A DNA stretch of 64,000 nucleotides from Candidatus Obscuribacterales bacterium (GCA_038231015.1 JBBRMD010000014.1:31776-95775); one strand, 5' to 3'; positions 9,517-19,183 are shown, counted from the stretch's first letter. Notes: generated by a model from the letters alone, not told the origin. Made by a program: numbers and translations.

Positions 9517-12318
9517 TTGATGACTGACTCCCACCGCGAGAAAAAACGTCGCGGACGACATGTTGCCAGTGTTGCCACTCTTAAAGAAATTGAAGAGTTA
9601 TCGACTGTTGCCTATGAAAAGCTTGTGCACGGAGAATCTATAGAGGCTAAAGTTCTACTGCTGAAAGCGCTTGAGCTGAGTGCTAAGACCGCTTACGCTG
9701 AGAAATCTCAAGCTGTTGTGCTCACTTATTTGGGTCAGACAGAGCGCATGATGGGCGAACATACTTCTTCTATCAGCCATCTCAATCAAGCGATTGCCCT
9801 TTGTCGGCAAACAAATATGCTCGAATGTGAGTTGCAGGCCAGGCTATTTTTAGCGGAGCAATTGACTTCGAATGGAGACTTTACGGCCGCCCAAGGGCAG
9901 TTTGAGCAGGCCTACAATACTGCTTCGTTTTTGCAAGACCGGCAATCGATGGAGCTTGCTGCTGGCAATTTAGGTTCAGTAACGATGACGCGCTGTCATC
10001 TAGAAGCAGCTACTGATTGGTTCAACACAGCTCTAGAACTTGCTGGTTACACTGAGTCTGGCGAAAAGAGTGTCTGGCTTGGCAGTCTTGGCCTCGCCTT
10101 AAGCGAACTCGGTCAGTTTGAACAAGCTATCAGTTACTATCGGCGCGCCTACCAAGAAGCAGAACTTGTCGAAGACGCACTAACCATGTCGATTTGTCGT
10201 GGTTCAGAAGGCAATATTCGCTTTGAGCAAAGCCAGTTTGAAGAAGCTTTGGCTCTATATAAAGAAGCGCAGACGCTCGCCAGTGGTGTTCAAGATCGCC
10301 GTCGAGAAGGCATCTGGCTTGGCAATCAAGGTGTCTCACTCTCTCGTTTGAGCAAAAGCGTTGAAGCTATTGAGCTGCTCGATAAGGCCCTCTTTATTGC
10401 CCGTGAGCTAAATGATTTAGCCACTGCTGCTGCCCATCTCGATAGTCTTGGAGATTGCTACAAAGCAATTGATAGCCTTGAGCAAGCCGATCAGTTTTAC
10501 TGTGAAGCCTTGTCCCTTAGCCGTGCCATCAACGATCGTTTAGGTGAGCGTATTTATCTAGGCAATCTTGGTAAGCTGAAGTCGCAGAGCGGTCAATTGG
10601 CGCCAGCCTTTGAATACTTCCGGCAAGCTGTTGAGTTGTTCGATGAACAGCGCGGCATGATCAAAGCAGACGATCTCAAAACCAGTTTTGCCAATCGTGG
10701 CCAAGAACTATATCGCGATATGGTCTCTACATGCTTGAAGTTAGACAAGAGAGTAGAAGCCCTTGAGTATGTTGGTCGTGCTAAATCGAGAGCGCTGCTT
10801 GATTTGCTCAGTAACTCGCCAATTGATGTTAATCAGCTTGTCGGTGATGACGATAGTGCGGGCCTCACTCGCGGCATCAAAGAGTTGGTGAGTCGTGAAG
10901 CCGATTTACGCGCTCAGATTGCCCACTTAGAAAGACAATTTTTTCACGGTTACGACACTGACCAGCCTGATTCGAGTGGCACTTCTAATAATGATGAGGA
11001 TAGTGGCAGCAGACTGCGCGGCTCTTCGGCACCACAAGAAGATACTCGCAAGCTCTATCTAGAATGGCGCGAAGTTCTCAATCAGCTGCGGCGACGTCAC
11101 CCTAACTACGCCAATTTAGTTAGTGCCACCACTCTTAACTACGCTGAAATACAAGCTTTATGGCAATCGAACAAGCTCAATGCCGACACTTGCGTTATCG
11201 AGTTTTTCTTTCCACAAGACTATTTACTAGTTGCTTGTGTGCAAAGAGAAAATGATTTCGATGGCAGTGCCAGCTCTTCTGCCATTACTAATAGACCTGG
11301 GTTGAAGACCCATGTGGTGATGGAACCACAAGCCCTTGAATCACTTCGCGAAGACATCGCTACTTTCTTTGAGATGAGCTCAACTGAAGGATGGGAAGTT
11401 CCTGTTAGCCTCTGTCGCAGGCTTTATCAAAGTCTTCTCGGGCCGGTTTTAGATAATCTAGCTCCGGGTATTGAGCGCTTGCTATTGATTCCGCATGGCA
11501 ATCTTTATCACTTGCCTTTCTCGGCATTGCACGACACAACTGGCTATGTTTGCGAGCGTTATGCTGTCTCTTATGTACCGACTGTTTCGCTCATACCTAT
11601 TTTGGCTAGTGCCCAAAACCGCAAAGTGGAGGGCCGCGACGGCGCCACTGAGTCTGGTGATGCTCGCTATTTGGTTTCGGCAATTAGTGATTATTCTGCC
11701 ACCAGGGAAAGTGGCATGGTTTTTAGTTCTCGTTTAAGGTCTTCAGCCGGCTTAGAAGACCTTGCTTACACAATGGAAGAAGCCAATTCAATTCTTTCTC
11801 TCGGCCAGACAGCTATCGCTCAAGGCTCAGGCAGTACCCTTCTAACCAATGAAGAGGTCAAGCGTTCTTTGCCTGAATTGTTTGGCGATTTCGATGTGGT
11901 GCACTTTGCTGGCCATGCCATTTTCAATCACGATGAGCCGATGGCTTCAGGCTTGGTTCTATCTGACGGAAGTATTTTATCCGCTGCTTCAATTTTAGAG
12001 GGTAACGCTCTACGTACCGAGCGTGGTCGCCTGCTTGTGCTTTCGGCTTGTCAAACTGGCGTTAATGTCGTCACCGAAGGGGGCGAAATTCTTGGTCTAG
12101 CGAGAGCCCTAATGTACGCCGGCATGCCCAATTTGGTTCTCTCTTTATGGGAAGTAGCCGACCGCTCTACCGCCGAACTTATGCAAGATTTTCATACTTG
12201 TTGGCAATCGGGCAAAATCTCCGTGGCTCAGGCCCTTCGCCAGGCGCAGCTCAAGGCCATCGCCGCCAAGCAGCCAGTGCATGCTTGGGCGCCCTTCATA
12301 CATTTTGGTATTGAATGA
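9517..12318 (+). CDS. TPR-repeat / CHAT-domain (caspase-like protease fold) protein
   Basis: The N-terminal approximately 400 aa are TPR-like repeats (A..YY..A...). The C-terminal CHAT features are VVHFAGHA...LLVLSACQTG (His/Cys dyad context) and ALMYAGMPNLVLSLW. Confidence 0.8.
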   Translation: MMTDSHREKKRRGRHVASVATLKEIEELSTVAYEKLVHGESIEAKVLLLKALELSAKTAYAEKSQAVVLTYLGQTERMMGEHTSSISHLNQAIALCRQTNMLECELQARLFLAEQLTSNGDFTAAQGQFEQAYNTASFLQDRQSMELAAGNLGSVTMTRCHLEAATDWFNTALELAGYTESGEKSVWLGSLGLALSELGQFEQAISYYRRAYQEAELVEDALTMSICRGSEGNIRFEQSQFEEALALYKEAQTLASGVQDRRREGIWLGNQGVSLSRLSKSVEAIELLDKALFIARELNDLATAAAHLDSLGDCYKAIDSLEQADQFYCEALSLSRAINDRLGERIYLGNLGKLKSQSGQLAPAFEYFRQAVELFDEQRGMIKADDLKTSFANRGQELYRDMVSTCLKLDKRVEALEYVGRAKSRALLDLLSNSPIDVNQLVGDDDSAGLTRGIKELVSREADLRAQIAHLERQFFHGYDTDQPDSSGTSNNDEDSGSRLRGSSAPQEDTRKLYLEWREVLNQLRRRHPNYANLVSATTLNYAEIQALWQSNKLNADTCVIEFFFPQDYLLVACVQRENDFDGSASSSAITNRPGLKTHVVMEPQALESLREDIATFFEMSSTEGWEVPVSLCRRLYQSLLGPVLDNLAPGIERLLLIPHGNLYHLPFSALHDTTGYVCERYAVSYVPTVSLIPILASAQNRKVEGRDGATESGDARYLVSAISDYSATRESGMVFSSRLRSSAGLEDLAYTMEEANSILSLGQTAIAQGSGSTLLTNEEVKRSLPELFGDFDVVHFAGHAIFNHDEPMASGLVLSDGSILSAASILEGNALRTERGRLLVLSACQTGVNVVTEGGEILGLARALMYAGMPNLVLSLWEVADRSTAELMQDFHTCWQSGKISVAQALRQAQLKAIAAKQPVHAWAPFIHFGIE

Positions 12319-12354
12319 GGTTATACTTGACCTTCTCTAACCTGTTGTAAAATC

Positions 12355-12936
12355 ATGATCAACTTTAATTTTAATTGCCCTTTGAGATACAGACTTTTGT
12401 CAGTCGGACTCACTTCTCTGCTATCCCTGGCACTTTCTCCGGCCTTCGCTGAACCGCTTGAAAAGGGCAAAGATTCTGGTCGTGCGGCTGTAAAAGAGAG
12501 TGCCCCTCAAGCCTTAAAAGATTCTTCCAGAGAACCTCTTAAAGAGAGTCAGGCTTCTGATAGCAAAATGTCAGCCCATCCGACTTTACCTGGTTCAGAA
12601 ATCAATCGACATGATCCGCTTGCCGTTTATCGAGAAGCTGGAATCGACAAGGATCAAGAAATAAAGATTCGCCAATTGGCTAAAGAATTTGAAGATGGAC
12701 AAAGAGTACGTTTGGCTCTGATGGCTAATCTGCTCAAAGATATGCGCAACTTGCAGATGCAGCCTGACCCCAATGAAAAAGCTGCTTTGGCAAAGCAAGA
12801 CGAGATCAATAAAGTGCAGTCAGAAATGGGCACCGAGCGCGTAAAGCTCGTGCTGAAGATTCGCTCAGTTTTGACTTTCGACGAAAAGCAAAGATTAGTC
12901 GAAAATATGCGGCGTCCCGCTAAATCAGCTAAATAA
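12355..12936 (+). CDS. exported Spy/CpxP-like helical protein (tentative)
   Basis: Signal peptide (LLSVGLTSLLSLALSPAFA). Helical K/E/Q-rich body with an LTxxQ-like element (VLTFDEKQRLVENM). The assignment is weak. Confidence 0.45.
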   Translation: MINFNFNCPLRYRLLSVGLTSLLSLALSPAFAEPLEKGKDSGRAAVKESAPQALKDSSREPLKESQASDSKMSAHPTLPGSEINRHDPLAVYREAGIDKDQEIKIRQLAKEFEDGQRVRLALMANLLKDMRNLQMQPDPNEKAALAKQDEINKVQSEMGTERVKLVLKIRSVLTFDEKQRLVENMRRPAKSAK

Positions 12937-12942
12937 CTAGGC

Positions 12943-13575
12943 TTATGGCTTGTGGGCCATGAAATGCATAGTGGCAAAATTCTTACTGAAATCAATACGC
13001 GTGATTGAGCCAGTCGGAATCGAAAGGCGCCAGAAGTTTGCAATCGGCATGCCTAAAGCGTGAACAATAATTGAGCGAATAATGCCAGAGTGGGTGACCA
13101 TTGCAATAGTCTTGCCTTCGAACTGGCTGTCTGCAATAAGTTCGATCAGGCTTTCTTTAATGCGCTCACTCAATTGAATAATTGATTCGCCCTTAGGTGG
13201 TGCGTTAGCAATCGGATTAGCGCACCAGCTGTGATACTGATCAGGATCATTTTTCTTTATGTCTAGATAGGTGCGGCCTTCCCAGTCACCCACCTGCCAC
13301 TCTTCAAAACCTTTAACCACTCTGGCGTCTAGGCCTGTCTCTGCGGCAACTGGTTCGCTTGATTGCTCTACCCGCCTAGCTGCACCCCGCAGTAGAATTT
13401 GCGGTTTGATGGTAGCAATATACTGAGCGGCGGCCTGCGCTTGGCTTAGGCCTTTTTCGGTGATTTCGATATTGGGATCGCTATAGAGTAAGCCTAGTTC
13501 GGTAGCCTTGGTGTGGCCGTGGCGCACAAGGTAGAGTGAGGTAATTGCTTCAAGTGGATGTAATTCTTCGCTCAC
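12943..13575 (-). CDS. histidine phosphatase family protein (phosphoglycerate-mutase-like)
   Basis: LYLVRHGHT (RHG catalytic motif), a downstream E/H-containing core, and VTHSGIIR. Confidence 0.85.
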   Translation of the reverse strand: MSEELHPLEAITSLYLVRHGHTKATELGLLYSDPNIEITEKGLSQAQAAAQYIATIKPQILLRGAARRVEQSSEPVAAETGLDARVVKGFEEWQVGDWEGRTYLDIKKNDPDQYHSWCANPIANAPPKGESIIQLSERIKESLIELIADSQFEGKTIAMVTHSGIIRSIIVHALGMPIANFWRLSIPTGSITRIDFSKNFATMHFMAHKP

Positions 13576-14276
13576 TTGGTTCCTGCTTCGATTAGCTTGT
13601 CGCTATTTTTGGGTGGTGTCATTCCGTAAATATTGCAGATGGCAAATAGGTTTTGCACTTGTTCACTTGTAAGGGTTTTCTCGCCACCAAGAGTGTGCGC
13701 CACAAGTAAGGTTTTAGCCTGATGCTCAAGGGTCTCTAAGCGGTAGAAAGCCTGAAAAATATCAGTACCCAAAGTGAGGGCGCCATGGTGAGATAAGAGA
13801 ATAGTATCGGTATTGAGTAAATGTTCGGCAATACTATCTGGCACTTCGTCAGTACTTGGTGTCGCATATGGTGCCAGAGCTATGTACCCTAAAGTCAATA
13901 TCGCCTCAGGAAGAACGCAGCGGTTTAGGGTTTTGTCTGCAACGCTGAAGGCGACGGCCGTGGTCGGATGGGCGTGTGCAACGGCCATGATATCTGGTCG
14001 TAAGCGATAGGCGATCAAGTGCATTTTTAATTCGCTTGATGGCTTTTTGCCACGATTGTCTGGCAAATCGAGGGCGAGGCCGTCAAGATTTGTTAATACA
14101 AGCTCAGACGGGCTTAATAAACCTTTGCAGGTACCAGCCGGGGTTGTCAGCAAGGTTTGTTCGTCTAAACGCAGGCTGAAATTACCTTCAGTGCCGCAAA
14201 TATAGCCACGCTCGTAGGCTAAGCGACAAACTTGCGTTAGTTCAGTGCGAGCCCGTTCTATATTTCTTGCCTGCAA
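13572..14276 (-). CDS. class II aldolase/adducin-family protein
   Basis: GNFSLRL, metal-binding HAHPTTAVAFS, and LLSHHGALTLG. There is a 4-nt overlap with the downstream phosphatase gene. Confidence 0.8.
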   Translation of the reverse strand: MQARNIERARTELTQVCRLAYERGYICGTEGNFSLRLDEQTLLTTPAGTCKGLLSPSELVLTNLDGLALDLPDNRGKKPSSELKMHLIAYRLRPDIMAVAHAHPTTAVAFSVADKTLNRCVLPEAILTLGYIALAPYATPSTDEVPDSIAEHLLNTDTILLSHHGALTLGTDIFQAFYRLETLEHQAKTLLVAHTLGGEKTLTSEQVQNLFAICNIYGMTPPKNSDKLIEAGTK

Positions 14277-14405
14277 GATTTCAGCTCTTCGTTAGAATTA
14301 GACCATGACATCTAGCAATACATCAATTGATTGCCAAGGATGAGTATTATATACGTGCTAGCCCCAGTACATTGCTGTTAAGCCGCTGGGAGATTGGGAT
14401 GTTAG

Positions 14406-16286
14406 ATGCGTTGCCCTGAATGCACAGTTAGAAATTCTGTCGCCGCTGTCCAGTGTAAGGAATGCGGCGTTAATTTGGCGCGCAAAAGTAGCCCCAACTT
14501 GATTAAGTACGCCGCTATTGCTGCCGGTGGATTAGCTGTACTAGGAATTGGCTCGGCTTCTCTTTCGTTTGTTTCGAACCTGTTTGATGCTGATGGCAGT
14601 CTGCAAAAAGTTTCGCGTCGCGTGGCTCAAGGGCCTAAGTCTAGAGAAGACGCCGAGCATCTAAAGAGCGAGTTAGAAAATAGTGTTAAGCGTTTTCTTG
14701 AGAAGAATGCCGCGCTGCCATCAGCTGAAATCATCAGCAAGTTGCAAAAACTTTTTCCAACATCTGCTTACGAAATTCACGCTTTTGATTTGCCGAACGG
14801 TCTCAAGTTAGTTGAAATCGATACAGTACTGCAATCGTGCAATTATTTGATTTCGGGCAAAGAAGTCGCTGTGCTGCGCAAACTTGATGTTTTCGATGAA
14901 GCAAAAATTATCAGTGGTGCGGGTGGAGATACTTTGGTATTACTCGGTCACCAAAATGCTCAGGCCGGCCGCAAGCCCCAAGTAAAAGTGATCGAGTTAA
15001 TTAATGGTGGCATTAAAGAACGCACTGATAAAGCGGTGCCGTTCTTTACCGGTGAAGGCGCTGCTAAGTTTGCCGCCAACGGTAAAGACATTGATATGGA
15101 CCTTGCAGTGTCTTCGCGAGCTGGCGAAGAGGAGCTTTTTACTGCTTCTAGTTTGCGCGAATTAGGTTTGCCCGATGAGCAGTTGAAACTCAAACTTGTC
15201 TTCAAAGATGGTAAGTACGAACTAGTTGATGATAACGGTGATGGTCAGATGGCGGCTTTGCGGGCGGTGGCTTTCACAGTTGCTGATCAGGCTCAAAAGA
15301 ATCGCTTCCGCAAATATATGACCAATTCTGTCTCTGACACTATTACCAACATTGGTGCCCTCAAGGTCTGCCCACCTTCGTTCGATGTTACTCGCAAAGG
15401 CAAAGTTACAGTTAGTGTGGCAGCTGCAGCGCCACCTGAAGATGACGGTGGTTCTAGACGCAGTCGCCGGCGCCGACGCGAAGCGGCCAGACGTGCTCAG
15501 CAGGTTGCTGGCAAACAGGGTTCTAGCCCAGGCTCTAGTTATCTAATGCAGAATGCTGAAGACGCTTTTGAGATTGTCTTAGCTCGCGGCAGTAGTGGTA
15601 TCTATCAAACTGCTCAGTTGCGCCGGGTTAAGGTTCAGGGCCATGGTGCTGAAGCCGATGCTGGCTCGGTGGCTTCTACATATGAGAATAAAACCTCTTC
15701 TCTAGTAGATAAATTGCTATCAAGCCCCGATCCAACACCCGAGCAAAATTCAGAGAAGAACGGTGATAAGAAACCTAGTTCTCAAGTCGATGTTTCGCCT
15801 TTAGCGGTGCCTATTACAAAAGAAGTGGAGAAAACGGCCGCTTCGAAAGTAGTTGAGAAACAAGCAGTTGCCGAAAAAGGCACTGTTGCCAGTACTCTAA
15901 CAAGCAAGACTGTCAAGGTGCGTGGCGGAGCTGGCACTGATTACCGCACAGTAGCTGAAGTTGCCCGTGGTGCCGATGTTGAGATTATCGGTAAGCAGGA
16001 AGGTTGGTATAAGGTACGCATCAAAGGCAAAGAAGGCTTCATCTACGCCGGTTTCATTAATTGCAAAACCGGTGATGCTTACACAACAGGCACTGTAAAG
16101 AGTGGCAAAACTGTCACAGATGCGAGAAACCGCCCTGTCAATTTGCAAGCTGGAGACCGCTTGGTGGTGCTCGGTGGCATTAATAACAATAAATACAAGG
16201 TGCAGCTCTCTAACGGACGCACAGGCTTTGTCGATAAAGACGCGCTCGATGTAGGCGGGGATAGTCCTCCGGCGTTTGTACCATAA
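14406..16286 (+). CDS. zinc-ribbon / TM / tandem SH3b-domain protein
   Basis: N-terminal CPEC...CKEC zinc ribbon, then a TM segment (YAAIAAGGLAVLGIGSASLSFV), a poly-Arg patch (SRRSRRRRREAARR), and two bacterial SH3-like units at the C-terminus (VKVRGGAGTDYRTV...GWYKVRIKGKEGFIY; ...NKYKVQLSNGRTGFVDKDAL). Confidence 0.65.
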   Translation: MRCPECTVRNSVAAVQCKECGVNLARKSSPNLIKYAAIAAGGLAVLGIGSASLSFVSNLFDADGSLQKVSRRVAQGPKSREDAEHLKSELENSVKRFLEKNAALPSAEIISKLQKLFPTSAYEIHAFDLPNGLKLVEIDTVLQSCNYLISGKEVAVLRKLDVFDEAKIISGAGGDTLVLLGHQNAQAGRKPQVKVIELINGGIKERTDKAVPFFTGEGAAKFAANGKDIDMDLAVSSRAGEEELFTASSLRELGLPDEQLKLKLVFKDGKYELVDDNGDGQMAALRAVAFTVADQAQKNRFRKYMTNSVSDTITNIGALKVCPPSFDVTRKGKVTVSVAAAAPPEDDGGSRRSRRRRREAARRAQQVAGKQGSSPGSSYLMQNAEDAFEIVLARGSSGIYQTAQLRRVKVQGHGAEADAGSVASTYENKTSSLVDKLLSSPDPTPEQNSEKNGDKKPSSQVDVSPLAVPITKEVEKTAASKVVEKQAVAEKGTVASTLTSKTVKVRGGAGTDYRTVAEVARGADVEIIGKQEGWYKVRIKGKEGFIYAGFINCKTGDAYTTGTVKSGKTVTDARNRPVNLQAGDRLVVLGGINNNKYKVQLSNGRTGFVDKDALDVGGDSPPAFVP

Positions 16287-16330
16287 GATATTAAGCTCTC
16301 TACGTAATTCAATAACTGCGTTAGGCAGTG

Positions 16331-16339
16331 TGATATATT
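16331..16339 (+). promoter_or_regulatory. extended -10 promoter candidate for tRNA-Pro
   Basis: TGaTATATT ends 7 nt before the mature tRNA 5' end. No good -35 was found. Confidence 0.35.
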
Positions 16340-16346
16340 TGAAAGC

Positions 16347-16420
16347 CGGGACGTAGCGCAGCTTGGTAGCGCGGTTGCTTTGGGAGCAATAGGTCGCAGG
16401 TTCAAATCCTGTCGTCCCGA
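16347..16420 (+). tRNA. tRNA-Pro (anticodon UGG)
   Basis: Hand-folded cloverleaf. The acceptor CGGGACG pairs with CGTCCCG, with discriminator A. The D stem is GCGC/GCGC. The anticodon stem is GTTGC/GCAAT with loop TTTGGGA (U33, UGG, G37). The T arm is GCAGG-TTCAAAT-CCTGT. Length is 74 nt and no CCA is encoded. Confidence 0.95.
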
Positions 16421-16638
16421 AGTTTTTTAATTGAATAAGTAAGACAGTAATAGTAGCCAGCGGCCACTTTACCTAATCTGATTAGCTAGAGCAGCTTGGC
16501 GTGCTAGCGTTTTTTCGTAGATGCAACTTAGCCCTTCGGCAGGTAAGCCTTATATTGGTTTGCCTTTCCAGGCGCACTAAAATGAAGCGGGCCTTTTCAA
16601 GTGCTCGATACTCGGCGATGTTGTAGTCGAATGGTTAC

Positions 16639-17199
16639 TCAAGAATTTCCGCTTAGCTTAATAAGTGCTTCGGCAGCTGTGTGGTCATAGAGCATTTCAA
16701 GAGCAGGATTGCATCCGCGTAGGCCGCTTACTACTTTTTTGCCCCATTCAACGTAAGCAATGCGCCTTTCCTGACTCCAGTCTGGGGGTGGAGACTGGCC
16801 CATATCGCGGACATTGCTAATTTTGTCGGCGAGCTTGATATGTTTTGCCTTGTTGCTTATATGCGGGGCGTGCTCTATTTGCTTTTGCTTGCGCACTTCT
16901 TTCGCTAGTGTCTTATCATCTGTACATTCCATCACCAAAGCTGCTACTTCTTCGCCAAAGAGGTCTAAGAGGCAATCTCTGCTGGTGTCGGTGTCTTCGA
17001 CGGTGTCATGCAGTAAGGCCGCAGCAAGTGTTGCACCATCAGTAATACCGCCAACTTCTTGTAATATGCGGACAACTTCGATGGGATGATTTATATATGG
17101 TGTGGCTTCTTGGTCTTTGCGTCTTTGGTCGCGATGCTTTTCAGAAGCGAAAGACAATGCCGAGATTATTAAGGCTAGATCTGACATTCGATTGTTCAT
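16639..17199 (-). CDS. stand-alone HD-domain (p)ppGpp hydrolase-like protein (Mesh1/SpoT-hydrolase-type small alarmone hydrolase)
   Basis: FASEKHRDQRRKDQEATPYINHPIEVVRIL...AALLHDTVEDT...FGEEVAALVMECTDDK is the typical HD(p)ppGpp-hydrolase block order. The length of 186 aa means there is no synthetase domain. Confidence 0.8.
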   Translation of the reverse strand: MNNRMSDLALIISALSFASEKHRDQRRKDQEATPYINHPIEVVRILQEVGGITDGATLAAALLHDTVEDTDTSRDCLLDLFGEEVAALVMECTDDKTLAKEVRKQKQIEHAPHISNKAKHIKLADKISNVRDMGQSPPPDWSQERRIAYVEWGKKVVSGLRGCNPALEMLYDHTAAEALIKLSGNS

Positions 17200-17304
17200 G
17201 GTCCACGTTTTTGGATGGTTAATGACTCTGCATCATATTTTACTAAATTAGCCTCGCTACAAATGTGCTAAAAATACAAACAGAGCACCTCGGGGAAGTA
17301 TTGA

Positions 17305-17574
17305 GTGAAAGAGTCTTTTATGTGGTTTGTAATATTGGCGGTGATTGTCACGCCATTTTTGCCAAGCTTAATCAAAGGCAAATGTCCAACCTGTAGTAAG
17401 CGTAAGCTCAATAGCTTCGAACCAGAAGGCCTAGAATCAAAGCCCGGCACCTATATCACCTACTTCGTCTGCCAGAGCTGTCAAACTCAGTTTAGGCGCG
17501 ATAAGAGTGGGCCCTTAGAGGTTATGGCAAGCGATTCTAAACAGCAAGCCGAATTGCCTGCTCAGTCTACTTAG
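17305..17574 (+). CDS. small membrane-anchored CxxC...CxxC zinc-ribbon protein (hypothetical)
   Basis: TM (WFVILAVIVTPFLPSL) followed by CPTC...CQSC. The start may be GTG 17305 or ATG 17320. Confidence 0.4.
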   Translation: MKESFMWFVILAVIVTPFLPSLIKGKCPTCSKRKLNSFEPEGLESKPGTYITYFVCQSCQTQFRRDKSGPLEVMASDSKQQAELPAQST

Positions 17575-17647
17575 TAAGTTTGCTTACTTCGCGCTGTATG
17601 TCTTAGATATACAATCGGCTCTACTGCAGGCTTCTGCCCCGAATAGC

Positions 17648-19150
17648 TTGAATTTGGCCGCCTTTGCGAGTACTTTTAAGGCTCAAGCTGTCGGCGAAAG
17701 AAATCTAAAAGAAAGGGTTAGCATCTATCTACTAAAGATGAAGTCTCGTATGCCTCAACTCCAATTGAAGATGTGGCCACTGGCTATTTTAATAGTCTTG
17801 TGCGGGCAGCCAGCTGCCGCATTAACAAGCGATGAAGATGTATTCGACTCAATAACATCTGGGGTATCGCCAAGAGCCTTGCGCCCGGGCCCTTCTGATC
17901 GGCCCAATCATCCGATAAACCGTGTGCCTGTAAGCCTTTCGGCTGCTTTCTCAACTTCATATACGCAAAACCCTTCAGTTGTCGCCGCTCTCAAAAACCT
18001 TGATATTTCTAAAGCTCAGATTCGCACTGCTGGAGCCCGGCCCAATCCTCAGTTTGCTATGCAGTATGGATTTGGTACACCTTACACTGAGGCCATTGCT
18101 GGCAATACGCAGCAAATTGGCGCCAACCAGCTTGTTGAGATGGGCGGCAAACGCGCATCTCGCTTGCGTTATGCCAGAGCCAATTATGTGCTCACCGAAT
18201 ATCAATTGGCCGATTTGCGCTACGACGTGCGCTCTGCTGTGCGAAAAGGCTACGCCGAGTTGGCAGCTTCAGAGGCCAATATCGAATTGGTCGAAAATCA
18301 GCGAGCTTTAGTGCAGCGATTGTCCAACTTGGCAGAGATTAGATTTAAAGCTAGCAAGTGCGAGGAGTTAGAAGTATTGCAAGCCAAGCTCGCTCTCGAT
18401 CAGTTTGAGACTTTGAGCAATACCTCTTATGCACGACTGCGCCAAGCATCTATTGAGCTCGATTATCTTTTGGGTTACAACCCTGAACTAGATCTTGATG
18501 TGGAAGATAATGGTTTGTTCAAGCTCTCGACAAAGCGCACTGAGCTTGTTCCTCCGCCGGATCAGCCTATCCCTGATTTGCAGTTTTTGCTTACTCAAGC
18601 TTTCAGTGATAGGCCAGATTTAAAGGCCGCCAGACAGCAAGTGGTGACCACAACTAGCGCTATTCGCTTAGCTAAAGCCCAGGCCATTCCTGATGTTTTG
18701 CTGGGCTCTGGCTATGTTTTTAGTACTTATAAAAAATCAGCACATGTCAGACAACAAGATGGTGCCTATCTCAACCTCAACGTTGATTTGCCGATTTTTT
18801 ATCGACATCAAGGCGAAATTGCTGCCGCCAAAGCCGCTAATAAACAGGCGCAAGATCAAGCTGTCGCAATGTCTTCACGAGTAGAAGTCGACGTGCGGGC
18901 TGCCTATGCCAAGATAGCTGCGGCACGGGCCAATATTGCTAACTATCAGAAAAATCTCATCCCTTTGGCATTAAATGTGGTGCGCAAGGCCCAAGACAGT
19001 TATGAAAAAGGTAACACCGATCTTGGCAGCGCAATCGTTGCCCAGCAGCAGTTTCAGCAGACTTTCTCAAGCTATTTTGATACGGTCGTCAATTATCAAA
19101 ATGCTTGGGCTGACTTAGAGACAGCGATTGGCAAAAAGATCGATTTTTAG
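17648..19150 (+). CDS. TolC-family outer-membrane efflux protein
   Basis: Two OEP-type helical repeats (NPSVVAALKNLDISKAQIRTA...; ...RPDLKAARQQVVTTTSAIRLAKAQAIPD...; YEKGNTDLGSAIVAQQQFQQT). An alternative ATG start at 17738 gives a cleaner signal peptide. No adjacent MFP or pump genes. Confidence 0.7.
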   Translation: MNLAAFASTFKAQAVGERNLKERVSIYLLKMKSRMPQLQLKMWPLAILIVLCGQPAAALTSDEDVFDSITSGVSPRALRPGPSDRPNHPINRVPVSLSAAFSTSYTQNPSVVAALKNLDISKAQIRTAGARPNPQFAMQYGFGTPYTEAIAGNTQQIGANQLVEMGGKRASRLRYARANYVLTEYQLADLRYDVRSAVRKGYAELAASEANIELVENQRALVQRLSNLAEIRFKASKCEELEVLQAKLALDQFETLSNTSYARLRQASIELDYLLGYNPELDLDVEDNGLFKLSTKRTELVPPPDQPIPDLQFLLTQAFSDRPDLKAARQQVVTTTSAIRLAKAQAIPDVLLGSGYVFSTYKKSAHVRQQDGAYLNLNVDLPIFYRHQGEIAAAKAANKQAQDQAVAMSSRVEVDVRAAYAKIAAARANIANYQKNLIPLALNVVRKAQDSYEKGNTDLGSAIVAQQQFQQTFSSYFDTVVNYQNAWADLETAIGKKIDF

Positions 19151-19183
19151 ACGACAGTTATATTATCTGTAGTTGTTTTGGCC

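Noticed and set aside
12327-12353. The promoter-like TTGACC, 15 nt, TAAAAT upstream of the Spy-like gene.
   Set aside because: The -10 element ends 1 nt before the ATG, so any transcript would start inside the ORF. The spacer is also short. I did not call it.
12654-13043. A 129-aa minus-strand ORF overlapping the 3' half of the Spy-like gene and the phosphatase 3' end.
   Set aside because: It overlaps two better-supported genes and has no recognisable features, so it is probably spurious.
16347-16638. The tRNA-Pro locus, considered as an integration hotspot or genomic-island border.
   Set aside because: I saw no repeat of the tRNA 3' end and no adjacent integrase. The neighbouring genes look ordinary, and the only recombinase is 47 kb away. 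A weak hairpin plus T6 at 16485-16515 may simply be the tRNA terminator.
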